Positions 37,950 to 50,974 of a stretch of 64,000 bases of DNA are shown here, one piece after another. Position 1 is the stretch's first letter. Each line of letters begins with the position of its first letter. The stretch lies in the NCBI GenBank assembly GCA_002104905.1, contig MCFE01000033.1, forward strand, positions 62,001 through 126,000, given 5' to 3'. The DNA comes from Basidiobolus meristosporus CBS 931.73. Lineage: Eukaryota > Fungi > Basidiobolomycota. The notes below the pieces were generated by a model. It was not told the DNA's origin, made no database searches, and worked only from the letters and a program-made list of their open reading frames with translations. Position numbers and translations under genes: made by a program.

Positions 37950-39444
37950 GTAGAGCTAAGTAGCTTCCAAGAGCTATATACACAGGACTCATCCAGGCAA
38001 CAGTTCTAAAGTATCAGACAGAGGGTAAGTGAATACCTTGAGGAATCAGAAGGTGAGCCTCAAAAGGAAGAATACAGACTGCAAGCAACAGCATCCAGAT
38101 TGTGCCAGTGCTCTTTGCTGGATTCCTTGCCATCCCTTACAACTGCAGCATGCTGGCACATGTCAGTCTAAACTATGCTAATACCCTTCTCATGAGCACC
38201 CTGCATTGAGTCAACACATGTTAGGTCAATGTGTGCACTTTAGAGCAAAACCACCAGAACTCTCCAAACTGCTCATTTAAATGCAAGTCTATTGGAGCAG
38301 GCCAAATTGCATCAACAAGCAACATCACATTGAACTCAGCCACAGGCCATTCCAGCGCATCAAGTTGCACCTGTGCCTGCCATAACACCTGACCATCAGC
38401 TAGTTACTTCTGGTGAGCTCACTGATGATGATCCACATAAAGTGCCTCCACCACCAGAGCCTCTGGCAAGTAAAAGAACACCTCAGCATGTAGCACTGCC
38501 GGCCAGTTCAGTAGCATCATCCAGGGCAATTAAGTGTGGCCAAGCTGCAGCATTGCACCATCAACTAGGAGGCAAAATACTGACCACAAATACACAAGTA
38601 GCCAAGATGATAGTTAGCAAGCAAGTAGTGTAGGTATGCAAAGTGAATCACTACCAATTGCTTCAGTAGTAATCCTTGTGAGAAAAAAACCTAGGAGAAG
38701 ATGATGTAATTGCATTAAGTTGCTATTATTTGTCATGATCTAAACAATGCATTTTTTTGCAATCCAACTCAAGCCACCGCAAATCAGTATTCACTAAATT
38801 TTTGATATAAGCAAAATAAAGGTTGTCTCACATCTGAGACAGAGCCCCTCCAAGTAAATAACCTGCATATATATATTTCATCTGTTACACCAGTGCAGCC
38901 ATTTGATCTGTTTTGCACCTGTTTGATTGGTTGCATGCTGGCTATGACACCTTGTCCAATCACTAGGATCAGGGATTTACTTGCTCAATGGGCAAAATGG
39001 GATATTTGAGGGCAAATCAGGTAGCTTGTGTATTGGTCAGAGCCAATTGAGGGCTGACGGCCTCAGGATACTTTGGACCAATTAACTGCTGAGATATCAT
39101 CCAATTGGAGTGATGGTAGCCAAAATGGTAAGTATCAGTGTAGTTTATAGTGTGATATCCATTTATTTCCATTTACATTAAAGAAACATATCCAAATACT
39201 GTATTTTACCTACCACAATAGTGGTATCCAACTGTACATGTGATGCATACATTGCTAGTTGGTGCAATCATCTGAGCCAACCTCATTGTGTCAGATTGTG
39301 CCAAAGTGAGCAAGATTGTCCCACATGGTGCAAAATTGTCCAAGAGCAATCCTGCCTACTGGAAGCTATAATATTGCACCCAATTGTTCTCAGAGACCAC
39401 AGATAGCACCATGTGCCCTGGCACAGTACAATGGAGCAAGTCTA
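37950..39444 (+). mobile_element. ISL2EU-like element, other half (ORF2 3' region + TIR)
   Basis: Colinear with 49480-50974; ends CAATGGAGCAAGTCTA. Confidence 0.7.
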
Positions 39445-39445
39445 T

Positions 39446-39571
39446 TGTTGCAGCTGTATTACTTCTACAAAGGTACAAATACTGAGCCTCTTGTGAATAA
39501 ACAACAGTTCCACTATTATCACTATGTCTTGATAAGTTCCTTATATTCAAATCACTTCTTAATTTGCAACA
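39446..39571 (+). mobile_element. Isolated short LTR (126 bp), copia family 2
   Basis: TGTTGCA...TGCAACA termini; homologous to 42459-42585. No TSD recognised. Confidence 0.75.
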
Positions 39572-40495
39572 CATCCCCCTTACAGGCACTTGCCTGGCTA
39601 CCTGGCATTACTTGACCACTTGTGATTTGCCTCAGCTCTGCTTGAAATTAGCTCTTGAAGAAGTGCAGGCTTTTAACTGTGGCACCATTGCTTGTCTGCC
39701 TTCAATAGTTTCTGCCATTCTTGAGGTACTTTCTTAACATACCTATGCTGGCCCAAAATCTAGTTGCTTGCTTGAATCAATAATTTAATTATCAGGCTTT
39801 GGTATAAACACCACATTGTCTACCTCTCACACTGTGATAGGTTCTTCTGTGGACTTTATCTTTGGGGACTGTTGCTGTGCCTCAAAGTCTGTATGGTGTT
39901 CCTCTGCTGTTACATCAGGAAATGGCTAAATTCTTGGCTGTGAAATTGAGCTACTTGAGTTCCTTCTTTGCAGCAAAGATACTGCTTTGTCTACCTGAGA
40001 TATCAATTGCTCTACACATATTATCCACTCATCCTGTTTCTGGACTATTTCCTGATTTCTCTGGGCCATTGCATCCATCCTATCAGCCACTGCACCTAAT
40101 GGCTTCATTAATGCTTTTGTATCAGCTGACAACATACCTGCTAATATGGGTGGTGGTGCTGTTATCATGGCCACTTGCTGATCTTCAACTGAGGGTACTT
40201 CATTTGCTACATTCTCATCTGCCTGAGCATAATGGTCAGCTTGTGGCTCTGCAGAGGTTCTCAATTGCTTACTTGACTGAGAGCCTGAGGAGTCTGCATC
40301 ATTACCTCAAGTGGGACACTGTCAACATTGCCTTTATTGGATGAAGCCCTACTTGTTGCACTGAATGTCAAAGCAAGCGGTTGACCAACTGTTCTTCTGC
40401 TGCTGTTGGTGGTGGGGCTTGGTTGGGAGCCAGACAACTTTGCTTTATTATTTGGTGGCATATATATGGAAGTGAGTCAAACCAAAGGGAAAATA

Positions 40496-40864
40496 TGTTA
40501 CAAGTCTTGGTATAAGAGTTGTAGAGGAATAGGCAGTTTAGCTAGTATTGTATTTGCTAAAACTTGAATTGATTTTTATTGAGGTTCCAGCAGCTCCTTA
40601 TATACATTTTGCCAGATCAATTGCTGACTAATTGTATTTCCTAATGTAGGTTGTGGCTGATGACTCATTTGATTGCATCATCATCACCCAATAAGATCCC
40701 ACTTAATATATCTATTTCTGTCTGATAAGGATCTGCTGATTCATTTGCTGACTAATGCTACTGATTTGATACATAATACTGATATACTGATAACCTAAAT
40801 ATATACTAATTGATTTGACTAAAAAACTGATCTAACTTAAACATTCAAGCGGCAGATCATAACA
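40496..40864 (-). mobile_element. Solo LTR, gypsy family 2 (369 bp)
   Basis: TGTTATGATC...CTTGTAACA on minus, 4-bp TSD AATA, absent from the equivalent site in CACTA copy A; homologous to 59425-59793. Confidence 0.8.
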
Positions 40865-42458
40865 AATAGTGTTGCATATACATGTGTATGTGGTGCCACA
40901 GCTTTATTTATAATGCATACCATGGCAGGTCATCACTGAATATTACATTCATGTAGGTGCAATGTCTCAAATACAAGACTGTCATGGATTTACATGAGAA
41001 TTGACCAAAAAGTGATATAATAGAGTTACATTGTAGAAGATCTAATGGTTTGCTTCATGGACAGTAATCCATATACTGGTGAATGATGTAATGTTGTGGC
41101 TAGAGTAATGGTGCATTTCCACTAATATCAGTAATGGGGGCTTTGAGGATTTATTGCTACTTCTTGCAAAATTCATTCCAGGATTCAACTTACCATGTCC
41201 ACGGTACAAGTGAACAACTGTCATGTGGCTGGCAACATATGACACAGAGACTGTCCAGATTTCAGCATGTGTTAACAGTTGCATGGCATTCAAATCCAAA
41301 TATTCTACCATTGTAACACTTCCAAATTGTCAGAAATCCACCACCACAAAGGGAAAACATGGCTCACACTCCTGATATATTCCAGTAGTACCCTGTCTAA
41401 AGAAGCTAATGCAGTCTGACAAATATTGCAAAGCTAGACAGTACCACAATCATATAAATCAAGCCAAACATATCTAATATATTTGATGGCAAACATTAAA
41501 AACAGCTAAGAAGCACAGGCTACTTTGATGGTATGTATAACCGTGCCTTTGCCTTAGCACTTGATAGATTCTCATCATACAAGTACTCTACCAACAAGTC
41601 ATGCTGGCCACTGATTCTTGTCAATATGAATCTGCAACCCATCTTACAGTATCAGAGCAATAATCTGATGATAGTCTCACTGGTATGTGGGCCTAAATCA
41701 CCATCCAACCTGGATACTTACCTGCATCTATTGCTGGCTGAGTTTTGTATGCTTTCCAGCAGGATAATGGTAAGTAGCCATCATGTAAAAGTGCATATTA
41801 TTATCTGCATTGGAGATACCCCAACCATCAGCAAGATGACAGGTTTTCCGGGCACAATGAACAGTATTGCTGTCAAATGTGTGAGATCCAGGGGATTTAC
41901 TCCATAACTCACCTATGTTATTATAACCAAGTACCAGCACTAAGAAGATTGTCTTCCCACAGAGAGAATGTACAGAAGTCAGTGTGTAATTGCAGCAAAG
42001 TTGGCAAGTTATAAGCCATTGGTTGGAATATGGAACCAACTGGAAACCAGAGATATGTGAGATAGAGGCATCTGATATAGCAAAAGCTTTCTACTGGGAG
42101 AAATGCATTTGCTTTTCAGCAGTATCCCTATACTGATGACCAAGTTATACATGAGGCTTTTCAAGCTAAATCAACCCTTCAAAATGCTGGAGATACTTGA
42201 AGGAGGTGGCAAGGTATTGTTGAAATATTGAACTATTTGGTATCATTCAGCAGCTAAAAATTAACTCAACAATTCAAGACTAGTCTTAGTCACTGTAGGA
42301 CTCATTTACTGCCTTAACTTTGCCACTTTCTCCTGATATATGATCTTATGATTATTCCCTATATTCAGGATCAAATTAGCACTATTACCAAACATTATGT
42401 ACTAGCCCTGAAACTGATACACAATGCTCCTGAATATTGAGAAACCCTCCCTTCTTAG

Positions 42459-45400
42459 TGTTACAGCTGTATTACTTCTACAAAGGTAAAAATACTGAGC
42501 TTCTTTATGAATAAACAACAGTTCAACTATTACCACTATTTCTTGATAAGTTCCTTTTATCCAAATCACTTCTTAAGTTGCAACAGGTTATGAGCCCTAA
42601 TTGCCTTAATCTATTCTAAAGATGACTTCTACCAGCAAACAAAGCAATACCAACATCTTCCCTGTAAAGGAGAGGTTTGAGGGGAAGAATTACAGACTTT
42701 GGAGAATCAAGATGCAGATCCACCTTGAGGAAAGAAAGCCTTGGAACATAGTAACAGGAAAGGAAGTTGAGCGCAAAGGAACAGCAGAAGATGTGGAGAA
42801 GTTTCAAGAGAAGGAGAGAAAGGCCTTCAATGCCATATGCATCAATGTGCAAGACTCTTTCATTGGACAAATCCATGCCTCAAATACTGCCAAAGCATCA
42901 TGGGAATCCTTAGAGAAGATCTTTAGAGCAAAGTCAGTATCAAGCAAGCTTTATTTGAAACAAAAGTTCTTCAACATGAGGAGAAGCCAGAAGATGACAT
43001 ACTACAACTCATTGCCAAAATGGAGACACTTGCAGAAGAACTTTACAGTATTAATGCTGGTGTAGATGATGAAGAAAAGATACTCTGTCTGCTTTGCAGC
43101 CTACCAGACAAGTATGAGCCATTCATACTTTCTTTTGAAAGTAGAGAAGACAACTTGACTTTAGACTATGTCAAAGAAGACTTCTTGATGAAGAACTCAG
43201 ACGTAATTATCAAGCAGAGAAAATTGAGGATAATGCTTTATTCAGTTCAGAAAGGCACACAGAAAAGAAGGGAAAGCAACAAAACCAAAGAAAACCTGGC
43301 TGCTGTAACTACTGTAAAAAGCCAGGACACTGGGCAAGAGAATGCAAAAAGAAACAAGCAGACAAAAAACAGAAACTAGAGCAGGCAAACCAAATAACTA
43401 CTGATGTACAGTTATTTGTAACTGTAAAAGAGAGTGCAAGTAACCAAAGTAATGAATGGTATATTGACTCTGGAGCATCACAGCATATTTGTGGTATAAA
43501 GGATTTGTTCAGCAACTTAAAGACTATTCCCGCAAGAAAGGTTTATCTGGGAGATAACTCTGCATTGGAAGCTACCGCCAGTGGGTCTATACAACTAATT
43601 ATGAGAGATAACCCAGGGGCAACAACAGCAAAACTGACAGACGTACTCTATGTACCTGGAATAGCTAAGAACCTACTCTCAGTCAGCAAAGCAACTACTC
43701 AGGGACTGAAACTTGTTTTTACTAAGCTGAGCTGCTTGATATTGAGTGAAAATGGACAAAAATTAGCTTTGGGAATCAGAGATCACAATATATACAGGTT
43801 ACAATGCAAGATCATTGTACCTGAGTAGGTCAACATTGCTGCAACTGATAAAACCAACTGGGAGATGTGGCATAGGAGGCTAGGACACATTGGGGAACAG
43901 AAAATGAGCCAATTGGTGAAAAATCAGCTTGTTTTAGGCCTAAGATACTCAATTCCAATCAAATTGAATGTTTGTAAGGGATGCTCATATGGCAAACAAG
44001 CTAGGCAACTTTTCAAGAGCTCAGAAGGCATCAATACCACCAAAATATTGGCTATTGTACACTCAGACATATGTAGCCCCATGAGAACACAGTCCTTTGG
44101 AGCCAAGAGATACTCTATGACGTTTATTGATGACAAGACAAGATATATATGGGTGTACTTCCTCAAAACAAAGGATGAAGCTTTAGAGATGTAAGCACTT
44201 CAAGAACATGGCAGAAACACAAACTGGGTGTAAATTGAAGGTACAACAAAGTGACAATGGAGGAGAATACTGCTCAAAGGAGTTGGCAAAATACTGCTTG
44301 TCTACTGGTATACTTCAGCAGACCACAGTTCTGCCTACTCCACTGCAAAATGGAGTAGCAGAACATGCAAATAGACCAATAGTAGAGAGGGGAAGATCTA
44401 TGCTACATGATAAGGGAGTGGACTACAGGTTTTGGGCTGAATCTGTTGCAACTGCTGTATACATCAAGAGCAGATGCCCAACAACAGCACTACAGGATTC
44501 TACACCCTTTGAAGCATATACAGGCAAAAAACCAGATCTCCAGCATCTCAAGATAACTGGCAGTGATGTTTTTTATCACATCCCTGACAAAAAACGCTCA
44601 AAGTTGGAACCAAAGAGTAGGAAAGGGATCTTTCTTGGGTATTGTGAAGATACTAAAGGGTATAGAGTGTATGATGGCAAAATTCAGAAGATGATCAAGC
44701 GCAGGGACATTGTATTTGCGGAAAACTCAGATCAGAAAGCCACAGAAATCATTGGCCAGCTGCCTGATGATGCAATCAACACTAATGAATGAGATACATA
44801 CCAAATCCAGCCACAAGGCTAGATTGGTAGCTAAAAGCTATTTGTAGATCCAGGGACTAGACTTTAAGGAAACATTTGCTCCAGTTGCCAAGTTTAGCTC
44901 TGTTAGGACAGTTCTAGCACTGGCAGCTGTACACAGTCTTGATCTACACCAAATGGACATCAAAACAGACTTTCTAAATGGGGATTTGCAAGAAACTATA
45001 TAAATGGAGCAACCAGAAGGCTTTATGATCCAAAAGTACCCCATAAGGTGTGCAAGCTTAGAAAATCATTGTATGGACTTAAGCAGGCACCCAGAGCATG
45101 GTAAAACAAGATTGACACAAATCTAGAGGAAATTGGGTTCTCTTGTAGCACTGCAGATCACAGTATATATGTGAAACAGCTCAAAAAGGGTGTGATCATC
45201 CTAGTTCTTTATGTGGATGATCTAATTATAGCTACAAATGACCAAGAGGCACTTAAACAGACAAAATTGGATTTCTTCTGCAAGTTTGAGATGAAAGATC
45301 TTGGAAAATTGAGCTATTTTCTTGAAATTGAGGTCAAATTTGACATACCTACTCAAAATATTGTGCTAAATCAGTCTAAGTACATCAGGGACATTCTTAG

Positions 45401-46105
45401 ATGCTTCAAAATGGAAAATTGTAAACCTGCAGCTACCCTTATGGACAATAACCTGAAATTAAGCAAGTCTCAGCCAGTTATATATGAAAACGGCTCAAAT
45501 ATGGACCAAAACTTTCCCGATCAATCAAGTATTGGTAGCCTAATGTACTTGATAGTGTCTACACATCCAGATATTGCAGTGGCAGCTGGAATAGTCAGTC
45601 AACTCATGCAGAATTATGGATTAGATCAAATAGCAGCAGTTAAGCGGATTTTCAGATATTTACAAGGTACCATAAATATGGTACTGGAATAATCTGGAGC
45701 AGCCAACAGGCAAAAATTTAATGGTTATAGTGGTTCAGATTGGGGTAAAGATCTGATTGACAGATGTTCTACCACAGGCTATGTATTTCTTTATGATGGT
45801 GCAGCTATTACTTGGAATTGCAAGGAACAACCAACTATGGCACTATCTACAACTGAAGCTGAATATATGGCTGCATGTCAAGCAACTAAGGAGGCTATAT
45901 GGCTACTTAAATTATTCAAAGACTTAGGTTTTAATTCAGGTGAACCAACATGTATTCACAAGGATAATCAAAGTTGTATTTCATCAGCTAGAAATCCTAA
46001 TAATCATGCCAGAACTAAGCACATTGATATACAGCATCACTTTGTGAGGGAAGCTGTAGAAAATAGCTTAGTGGAGTTAGTGTACTGCCCAACTAATTCT
46101 TGTTA
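42459..46105 (+). mobile_element. Degenerate Ty1/copia element (family 2), 3'-truncated
   Basis: 127-bp LTR 42459-42585, PBS GGTTATGAGCCC 42586-42597, fragments of gag (NYRLWRIKM), WYIDSGASQH, WHRRLGH, HSDICSP/FIDD/SDNGGEY, LYVDDL, STTEAEYMA; many stops/frameshifts; no 3' LTR. Confidence 0.9.
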
Positions 46106-47054
46106 GGAAAGCTCCACCAAGGTATGCTGGATTTGTCATGAACACAAGCCACCTTTACACCATTCTATACAAAATTCACATAAACAAGAGCCAGAGTGCA
46201 CATCTAAGGGGGACTAGAATGCAGCAGGGAGCAGGAATATATTGTCTAAATACCAAGAAGCTCTGTGAGGATATCCAGGAGGTACTCATGGCAGAAGTGA
46301 CAACAACCAAGCACATGTTTGTAGGATATATATGGTCCCTGCAGTACAAGGTTTATGGCAACTTTACAAGTATTCTATTATAATGCTGTAAAGTTGAGGT
46401 GATAGAAGTATATCAAATGTGGCAGGTGTGCATGTTTATAGAGTTTAGCAATCAGGAGGCCATAGTTTTTTTATTTGGACTATATGTGGAGTACCAAAGG
46501 TAGTATTAGGTAAGCAAATAAAAAGGGGTGATTCCACAGTGGAAAACATGAATTGCACAAGGAGAGGTAGAAAAAGGAAACACCATTTGGTATATTTGTA
46601 TAGTTGTGTTATACAGAACTAGCTGTAGGACACCATACTACCATAATGAGGACTACAGAGCCTCACTGTGTGGCTGCTAAAGTTCTGTCAAGATTTTTGC
46701 CATATAACGCAATCTAATGTCCTGGCCATTTAGATCAATTTAAAATAGGTGTTGAGCACATCAAAACTGCAACAATGCCATGCAAATATTGTCTTGGCAC
46801 CAATCAAACCATGTTAACTTTTATAACTTTATTTGGCAGTAAATGAGCAAAACGCCATCAGGATCCTGCCTTAACATTATTAAGAGGGTCACTAGTTCTT
46901 AGCTGCTGGTATCAATATGGTCTCCAAGCAGGATCCTCATAGCTGATATGTATTGGATCCACCTGTGGGACCAAATTGCTTTTCATAGGGTAACTCAAGT
47001 TGGTTACCTGCAACTGGTGTTCTCAGCTGGGTGCTGTCAAGCTCAGATATAAAT

Positions 47055-50000
47055 TAGACTTGTTCTGTTGGATAGTGCCACATAGTGCCAGCCTTTTTAT
47101 AGCGCCAGATCAATCTGTACTCCTCAGCACTATCTGGCACTGTAAACTTGACCATAATGCCAGTGGTAGGAAATATTTACTGGTGCTTTGATTTAATTTT
47201 ACATATGTTGCTCAGAATAGTGCTTTCCTTGCTTTATTTACTCATCATAATGCTTCAGATACGTTTCTCTCAGTGGATGTCTTCTTGTATGAATATACTG
47301 TGCATTGATGAGTATCTTGACTATATTACCTATACTGCTGTTTTCTCCTATATATGACTTTGCTCTGTATTTACCAGCCAATATGCTGAGTATTTTCTGA
47401 TATCCAAATGTATGCTCTACCCTCACTCTGAAATGCTCAGATATCTCATTGTAGTGCTTGTGCTTCCTGCTTAGCTCACCATTTCTTGGCTTCATATATG
47501 CACTAACACATCCTACTCTCTGACAATCCTCTCCAATATAAGCCAAGTTTGCCAAACATTTCTCCCCACTAATGAAATCTGGATGATTTGCTACCCAGAA
47601 TGCTTTGTCATGCCTACTTCCAGCAAATGGCCCACTAAACCGTATGATGTTACCCTCAATGTCAAACAGTGCTTGAAACTTCACACAGTGTTCCTTGTAC
47701 TTGCCAGAAGAAAAGAGTCTCTGCGCACTCAAAGGTCTGTTAATCCTGACTGGGAAAGTATCCAAAATACTACTTATATGGAACCTGTTGCTAACACTCC
47801 AGGATATGGAGGTCAATTGGAGCCTCTGAAGCTAGTATTCTTAGGGATCTCCTTGAGTAGATTGGGGTAAATGATTCACAGTACTTGGTAAAGATCTCCT
47901 CCAGTGTGTCAAAAGGAAATCCAGTGGTAGTAATAGAATTAATGGGAGAAGACCATTCAGATGAATAAGTCATACTGGAATTGGTAGGTGATTGGGCTGG
48001 GGTGAGTTGAATCAATTTGGCACAATCACCTTACTTATCAGATTTTCTACGCATTATGATTAAATCTCCATCAATTGCCACATGTCCCTTCATTATGTAG
48101 CAAAAATCATCCTCAAAGTGAGCCTATACTTGGCCACAAAGTGTGAAACATAGCTCTGTATCTTCATACAAAGCAGCCCCTGTGTTTCACCAATTGTGTT
48201 GGAGAATATCCATTTTTTGACCTTTTTTGAATCAATGTTGTACAGGATATGTTAGAGTACAAGCAGATTAAAGATATGCATCAGGTACTCAATACCCATG
48301 GCACTCTGAATCTAGCTCCTGTAGCTTGTATCATGTCACAAAAATGGATGGCACTATCTTGGTCCACTGGCACTATCTGGCACTATAAGTGCTTTATATA
48401 GATCTTACTTTAGGGTTAATATTTAAATATAGTGCCAGATAGTACCAGTGGACCAAGATAGTGCCATTCATTTTTGTGACATGATACAAGGCACAGGAGC
48501 TAGATTCAGAGTGCCATGGGTATTGAGTACCTGATGCATGTCTTCAGTTCTCCTGTGCTCTTACACATCCTGAGCTACATTCATCCACAAAAAAAGGTCA
48601 AAAAATGGATTTTCTCCTGTGCAATGGGTGAAACACAGGAGCTGCTTTACATAAAGAGGCAGAGCTATGCTTCACACTCTGTGGCCCAGTATAGGCTCAC
48701 TTTACCTCTCTGGCACACTATGGTATCATTTGGCACTCATGGCTTAATGTGGCAATATCCAACGGAACAAGTCTAATGACATAGTAGTTTTATTGACACT
48801 TTATTGCCAAGTCTATAATCAAATAGGAAATCTGCAATTGATGGGATCCAATCTGTGTCAATGCAATCCAAGATACTTATGAATAATAGATGGAAAACTC
48901 AACAATCACATTAGTTTTCATATATGCTTCTTTTAAGACCAGATTGATGCCAATACATCACTGTATAAATATCAAAATCCATCACTTTGGTCCCTCTACC
49001 AAGTCTCAACTCATCTTTAGTACAACCCAGATAAAACCCATCCCCTAGTTCACAAGTGCAGTCCAGACCGGAGAAGTCAATGGAAGATCTTATAGAGTTC
49101 TTGCCAAATGATTTTAAAATGGCCCAAGTGTCTATGATGAGCCTAAATACCAGTATTTGGGCACATCTCATTAATCAAGCAGAACTAGATACCCCAGAGA
49201 GTTGACAGAGATGGAAGAACCTGAATAGAAAGCTGTGGCATGAGCTCTACATTGAGATGCCAGCAGATGTATGTAAGAAGATATATAAGAAGAGAGATAT
49301 TGAAATCAAGAATGAGCTGAGAGTGAGGGGATCTGATGAGGAAGCCTGGCAGGAATGATTTTACACACAATTTGCACAGTACAGCCAAATGCGTCTGTTT
49401 GTGCCTCAACTTTGGGAACCAAAGGGATTTTGAGTGTGTTTTTGCCTCAAATGACTAACGTATTACATTATATATTATTAGGGCTAAGTGGCTTCCAAGA
49501 GTAATGTATACAGGACTCATCCAGGCAGCAGTTCCCAAGTATCAGACAGAGGGTAAGTGAATACCTTAAGGAATCATAAGGTGAGCCTCAAGAGAAAGAA
49601 TACAGACTGCAAGCAGCAGTGTCCAGCCTGCGCCAGCATGCCTTGGTTGATTCCTTACCATCCCTTGCAACTTCAGCATGCCGTAGCATGCCAGTCCATA
49701 CTACACCAACACTCTTCAGAAGAGTGCCCCACATCAAGTCAGCACATGATGGGTAATTGTGCACACTTCAGATCAATACCACCAGAACTCTCCAAACTGC
49801 TCATTTTGACACAAGTGCATTGGAGCAGGCCCAGTAGTGTCAACAAGCAGCATCACATCAAACTCAGCAAAGGGACATGCCAGCACATCAAGTTGCATGT
49901 GCATATGCCATTACACATGACCATTGGCAAGTTTCATCTAGTGAACTGACTGATGATGACCCACATGAAGTGCTTCCACCAGCAGAGCCTTTGGCAAGTA

Positions 50001-50974
50001 AAAGAACGCATCAGCACATAGCATTGCAGGCTGGTTCAGTAGCATCATCCAGAGCAATTAAGAATGGCCAAGCTGCTGCATTGCACTCATTGACTAGGAG
50101 GCAAAATACTGACCACAAATACATAAGTAGCCAAGAGGATAGTCAACAAGGAAGTAGTTTAGGTGCGCAAAGTGAATCACTACCAAGTGCTTCAGTAGTA
50201 ATGCTTGTGGGAAAAAAATTTACAAGATAATACTATTGCATTGAATTGCTGTTGTTTGTAATGACCCAAACAATGCACTTTTTTGCAATCCAAATAAAGT
50301 CATTGCAAATCAGTGATCACTAAATTTTCAATATACGCAATACCAAGGTTGTCCCAGATTTGAGACAGAGCCCCTAAAAATAAACAACCTGCATATATAT
50401 ATATATCATCTGTTGCACCAGTACAGCCATTTGATCTGTTTTGCACCTGTTTAATTGGTTGCATGCTTGCTATGACACCTTGTCCTATTACTAGGATCAA
50501 GGATTTACCTGCTCAATGGGCAAAATGGGATATTTGAAGGCAAATCAGGTAGCTTGTGTATTGGTCAGAGCCAATTGGGGGCTGACAGGTCCAGGATACT
50601 TTTGGACCAATTAACCACTCAGATACCATCCAATTGGAGTGATGGTAACCAAAATTGTAAGTATCAGTGTAGTTTATAGTGTGATATGCATTGATTTTGA
50701 TTTACATTGAAGAAACTTATCCAAATATGAGGACTTTACCTACCATAAAAGCAGTGTCCAGTTGTGCATGTGATGCAAACCTTACATATTTGTGCAATTA
50801 TCTATGCCAACATCAATGTGTCAGATGGTGCCATAGTGTGCAAGATTGTCCCACATGGTGCAAAATAGTCCAAGAGCAATCCTGCCTACTGGTAGCTATA
50901 GTATTGCACCTGAGTGTTCTTAGAGACCGCAGATCATGCTGCACACCCTGACACAGTACAATGGAACAAGTCTA
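47055..50974 (-). mobile_element. ISL2EU/PIF-Harbinger-like DNA transposon, both ends present
   Basis: TIRs TAGACTTGTTCTGTTG / CAATGGAACAAGTCTA, AT on both flanks (47053-47054, 50975-50976); DDE_Tnp_4 transposase on minus (47238-~48050); divergent degenerate ORF2 on plus from ~48990; flanks rejoin into gypsy integrase C-terminal sequence (GSY...ELDSTQLRTPVAGNQL, with a 1-nt frameshift). Confidence 0.82.
48115..48775. mobile_element. Foldback/palindromic MITE of the ISL2EU-like family
   Basis: Inverted arms 48115-48387 and 48428-48703, 40-bp spacer; right arm runs on to the family TIR ...AACGGAACAAGTCTA + AT. The host element is colinear with 36580-36790 on either side. Confidence 0.85.

Larger units (their letters stand above)
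39572..46990 (+). mobile_element. CACTA copy B, inverted relative to copy A, interrupted by a gypsy solo LTR and a copia element
   Basis: 46106-46990 is the reverse complement of ~32146-33030 incl. terminus ...TTTTCATAGGG; transposase fragment AFALALDRF...IICIGDTPTISK at 41533-41907; ORF2 homologue MPPNNKAKLSG at 40461 on minus. Confidence 0.8.

Noticed and set aside
48405-48420. TTTAGGGTTA telomere-like word in the MITE spacer
   Set aside because: Single unit, not conserved in the second copy (TTTAGGTCTA).
50300-50960. hAT (CxxH), Ulp1 protease or GCM-like assignments for the repeated region at 38700-39440 / 50300-50960
   Set aside because: Only isolated motif resemblances in stop-riddled frames on either strand; coding strand unresolved.
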